From positions 1 through 48,262 of the forward strand of contig CBDUPA010000032.1 in NCBI GenBank assembly GCA_965368975.1: DNA of 48,262 nt. The letters are read 5' to 3'. A program made the translations under genes and the position numbers. Source of the stretch: an uncultured bacterium (GTDB taxonomy: Bacteria; Acidobacteriota; Thermoanaerobaculia; Multivoradales; JAHZIX01). Below the pieces are notes generated by a model. The model ran no database searches. It had not been told where the DNA came from and worked only from the letters and a program-made list of their open reading frames with translations. Positions 45,631-48,262 of the stretch are shown here, piece by piece. Every line of letters starts with the position of its first letter. Position 1 is the stretch's first letter.

Positions 45631-45915
45631 CAGGTAAACACTTTCCGCAAGATCAGGGGTTCGGTTCTCGAACTGACCGCAGGCGAAACACTCGAAGCGG
45701 TCTACAAGCCCGGAGCGGCAGAGCGTGTCGAGCTTCAGGTACGGGACCGTTTCGGCATCCCCAGCCACACCACCCGTCTCACCATCGAAGAGGCCCAAGA
45801 CCTCCTTCAAGATCTCGGTGAGATGGTGATGGAAACCCGAGGCCGGGTGCAGTGGACTCGGATGGCAAAGCTCCACCAAGAGCCAGACCCCGAGCACGGC
45901 AACCCGTTCATGTAA
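45628..45915 (+). CDS. Hypothetical protein (monocistronic cassette C)
   Basis: TAAGGAG RBS; 95 aa. Confidence 0.8.
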   Translation: MQVNTFRKIRGSVLELTAGETLEAVYKPGAAERVELQVRDRFGIPSHTTRLTIEEAQDLLQDLGEMVMETRGRVQWTRMAKLHQEPDPEHGNPFM

Positions 45916-45935
45916 ACCAACCTAGCCCAAGAATT

Positions 45936-45965
45936 GGACCCTTCGTGTAGAGGGGTCCTTTTCTT
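45936..45965 (+). terminator. Intrinsic terminator ending cassette C
   Basis: GGACCCTTC-GTGTA-GAGGGGTCC-TTTTCTT. Confidence 0.8.
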
Positions 45966-46006
45966 ATGACCCAGAAACAGTCTCAACCCGACTAAGCTCC
46001 GCGGGC

Positions 46007-47707
46007 ATGGCTACGATTACTCTTCACTCAGATCGGATCAGAATATCCGGCAACGACCGCGATCGGTCGCGGGCGCTTAAGCTCCCAGGCTCGAACTGGG
46101 CCAAGGCCGGGCATGTCACCATGCCGCTCAACGTGCTGTCCTGGTACCTGCTCTCTTCGAGCTTCCCCGAGAGCAGTCACGATTACTCAGAAGAGATTTT
46201 GGCGTGGCGTCATATCGAGTCCGAGATCACAGAGTTCGGCCGACTGGTGAACGATCAGGAACTGGAGGTCTGGGACCAGCCCGATATGTGGGAGTGGCAG
46301 GCCCAGGCGAAGGCTCGGCTGGCAGTCGGCTCGGTCGCCTTCTTCGATGACCGAGGCATGGGGAAGACTCGGGTTGTTGTTGAGGCCATCAGAGAGTCGC
46401 AGTCAGAAGGAGAGTGCTCTGCAGTAATCTTGACCGGAAGGAAGATCCGCAGGGTGTGGAGCGCTGATGCAGCGATGTGGTGGGGACCTGAGCATGTCTG
46501 CGTGCCGCAGGCTGGCCGGTGGAGCGATGCAGCAGACCAGATCGGCTCGGCGACCATTACTGTGCTCACCTACGAGTCCATTCTGAACCCAGACATCCAG
46601 AAGGCCATCAAGAAGCTGGACCCCGAGTGGCTGATTATGGATGAGGCCCACAACCTGAAGAAGCGGGCGCGCAAAAACAAGAAGAAGGACGAAGACGGCA
46701 ACCCGATCGAGAGCACCTCCACGAAGAGTGGCGTAGCCCGATCGCTGCCCGGGCGAAGGCGAGTCGTGCTGACTGGCACGCCAATGCCGAACCGTTGGCA
46801 CGAAGTCTGGACTCTGCTCAACTTCGTAGCGCCGAAGATCTTCACTTCCTTCTGGCAGTTCGTAGAAGTGCTCGGTCAAGTCCGCGAGTCCTTCTGGGGT
46901 GGCAAGGAGATCTCCGAGGATGTCTTCCGCACTGACATCTGGAATGAGATCTTCGATCGCTGGACGATTCGACGCGAGCGGCCAGACGATGGCAAGGTGT
47001 GGGACTTCGTTCCGGTTGAGCTTTCGAAGCGCGAGGCGGACGCGTATGCAAAGATGGCCAAAGACATGCGGGTGGAGAAAGACAACGGAGAAGTTCTCGA
47101 TGCCGCCACCGGCTTGGCCCAACTCACCCGGCTGCAACAGCTGGCCGGTGGACTCGGTGAGTGGGAGACCAAGGAAGCCGAAGACGGACGGCTGGTGTCA
47201 ACCTATCGACACGCCAACCCAAGCTCCAAAGTAGATCGACTTCTGGAGATGACCGAGGGCTTGGACCGAGCCGTCGTGTTCACCCGGTTCCGCAATCGAG
47301 CGGAGTTCGTGGCCGGGCGTATTGAGAAGGAGACTGACCTCACCCCACTGCTCATCACCGGAGGTATCTCCGAGCGGGCTTCGAACCGAGCACTCAAATC
47401 TTTCAGTGACCCGAGTCAAGGTCCGTTCGTTGCCGTCTGCGTGTTCGGCACAATCTCTGAAGGTATCAACGAACTGGTCTCAGCCCGAGACATCTTCTTC
47501 CTTGACTGGACGACGGTCAAGGACGTAACCCAGGCAGCCGATCGTCTTGACAGGCCCGGGCAGAAGTCACACATGGTTCGTTGCGTCACTTTGTTCGCAG
47601 AAGGGACAGTTGATGAAGCAGCAATTGATCGCGAGGCTGGTAAGGTCAAACCGCTGCGATCCATCCTACGTTCACCAGAAGCCTGGAGCTTTCTTCCGCA
47701 GAAGTGA
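46007..47707 (+). CDS. SNF2-family (SF2) helicase/translocase
   Basis: DDRGMGKT, MDEAH, LTGTPMPN, EGINEL and QAADRLDRPGQ motifs. Confidence 0.9.
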   Translation: MATITLHSDRIRISGNDRDRSRALKLPGSNWAKAGHVTMPLNVLSWYLLSSSFPESSHDYSEEILAWRHIESEITEFGRLVNDQELEVWDQPDMWEWQAQAKARLAVGSVAFFDDRGMGKTRVVVEAIRESQSEGECSAVILTGRKIRRVWSADAAMWWGPEHVCVPQAGRWSDAADQIGSATITVLTYESILNPDIQKAIKKLDPEWLIMDEAHNLKKRARKNKKKDEDGNPIESTSTKSGVARSLPGRRRVVLTGTPMPNRWHEVWTLLNFVAPKIFTSFWQFVEVLGQVRESFWGGKEISEDVFRTDIWNEIFDRWTIRRERPDDGKVWDFVPVELSKREADAYAKMAKDMRVEKDNGEVLDAATGLAQLTRLQQLAGGLGEWETKEAEDGRLVSTYRHANPSSKVDRLLEMTEGLDRAVVFTRFRNRAEFVAGRIEKETDLTPLLITGGISERASNRALKSFSDPSQGPFVAVCVFGTISEGINELVSARDIFFLDWTTVKDVTQAADRLDRPGQKSHMVRCVTLFAEGTVDEAAIDREAGKVKPLRSILRSPEAWSFLPQK

Positions 47708-47748
47708 CTAAGATGGCCCTAGGCCACCCAATCAGGAAGGAGCGCTAC

Positions 47749-48262
47749 GTGACTACCAGGCCCGAGGTACATCAGTTGTCCGAAGGCGATTCGATCAAAT
47801 GGCGATTGCCCAATGGGGTTACGGATGAGGCTACGATTGGCTCATTCGCCAGCCGTACCGAAGAAGGCTTCGCTTTCTTTGACGCCAAGGAGCGGGCGAT
47901 CAGCAGCGACGGCAACGGGTATACGCATTCGTACCGTCGCTGCGTTAAGACAGACTGGCTGACACACTTCCGAGGTAGGCGGCTCCGGCCTTCTCCGAAT
48001 CAGAGTAGACAGCCCGAAGAAGACGGAGTAGAGTTCGATACAAGCGCACCGAGGCAGACCGTACTCGGTATAGGAAAGGAAGCGCAGATGGCTACAAGGA
48101 AGAAGACCACTCGAAAGCCCGCACCGAAGAAGAGTGCGGCAAAGACCAAGGCTGCGGCAGGCAAGGTTCCAGCCGGATCTCGCAAGAGCTTGGACGACAT
48201 GTCTGAGAGTCATCGGAAGCACATCGAGTTTTGGGGTCCGCATCAGGACAACCTGCGAGCCG
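47749..48262 (+). CDS. 5' part of the junction-spanning ORF (long start GTG 47749; internal ATG 48088 gives a 181-aa Lys/Ala-rich protein)
   Basis: No stop from 47749 (AAGGAG RBS) to the end; ATG 48088 has its own AGGAAAGGA RBS; MATRKKTTRKPAPKKSAAKTKAAA; continues at base 56 to 426. Confidence 0.75.
   Translation, partial: MTTRPEVHQLSEGDSIKWRLPNGVTDEATIGSFASRTEEGFAFFDAKERAISSDGNGYTHSYRRCVKTDWLTHFRGRRLRPSPNQSRQPEEDGVEFDTSAPRQTVLGIGKEAQMATRKKTTRKPAPKKSAAKTKAAAGKVPAGSRKSLDDMSESHRKHIEFWGPHQDNLRA
48006..48034 (+). promoter_or_regulatory. Sigma70-type promoter, copy D (inside ORF)
   Basis: TCCGAA..AGAG-TAGACA-17nt-TAGAGT, resembling copy C upstream region. Confidence 0.55.
48208..48262. repeat. 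Terminal direct repeat, right copy
   Basis: Identical to 1-55. Confidence 0.95.

Noticed and set aside
48208-48262. 55-bp terminal repeat as a biological terminal repeat or att site
   Set aside because: It falls mid-gene and its length equals a common assembler k-mer; best read as circular overlap.
1-48262. Temperate lifestyle / prophage
   Set aside because: No integrase, ParA/B, recognisable repressor or flanking host genes found.

Overview
Apparently complete ~48.2 kb circular(ly permuted) genome of a long-tailed (siphovirus-type) dsDNA phage: bases 1-55 are repeated exactly at 48208-48262 and an ORF reads through the junction. A WhiB gene and high GC point to an actinobacterial host. I found no integrase, repressor, tRNA, CRISPR array or reverse transcriptase, so it looks lytic. 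Layout: recombination/replication block (Cas4-like nuclease, Sak4-like ATPase, acidic SSB-like protein, DnaG-type primase fused to an MCM-type helicase, DnaE, RuvC-like, WhiB) with an embedded nucleotide-metabolism cluster (NDT-family glycosidase, YfbR-like HD hydrolase, MazG/DUF1599-like protein, ThyX); terminase; a 7.7 kb accessory island; portal/MuF/fibre/protease/capsid; neck and tail with a -1 frameshift; M15 endolysin and holin; SNF2 helicase; Lys/Ala-rich DNA-binding protein. Top observation: a 105-aa minus-strand gene (21477-21794) encodes a twin-arginine signal peptide followed by three short segments resembling motifs of this phage's own tape measure, major capsid and tail-fibre proteins. 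It lies in the only minus-strand operon, with an Acb2/Tad1-like protein and a papain-like protein. Also notable: a family of related sigma70-type promoter/leader cassettes with terminators, and several long GU-containing RNA hairpins. All protein family calls are by-eye motif recognition, not database searches.
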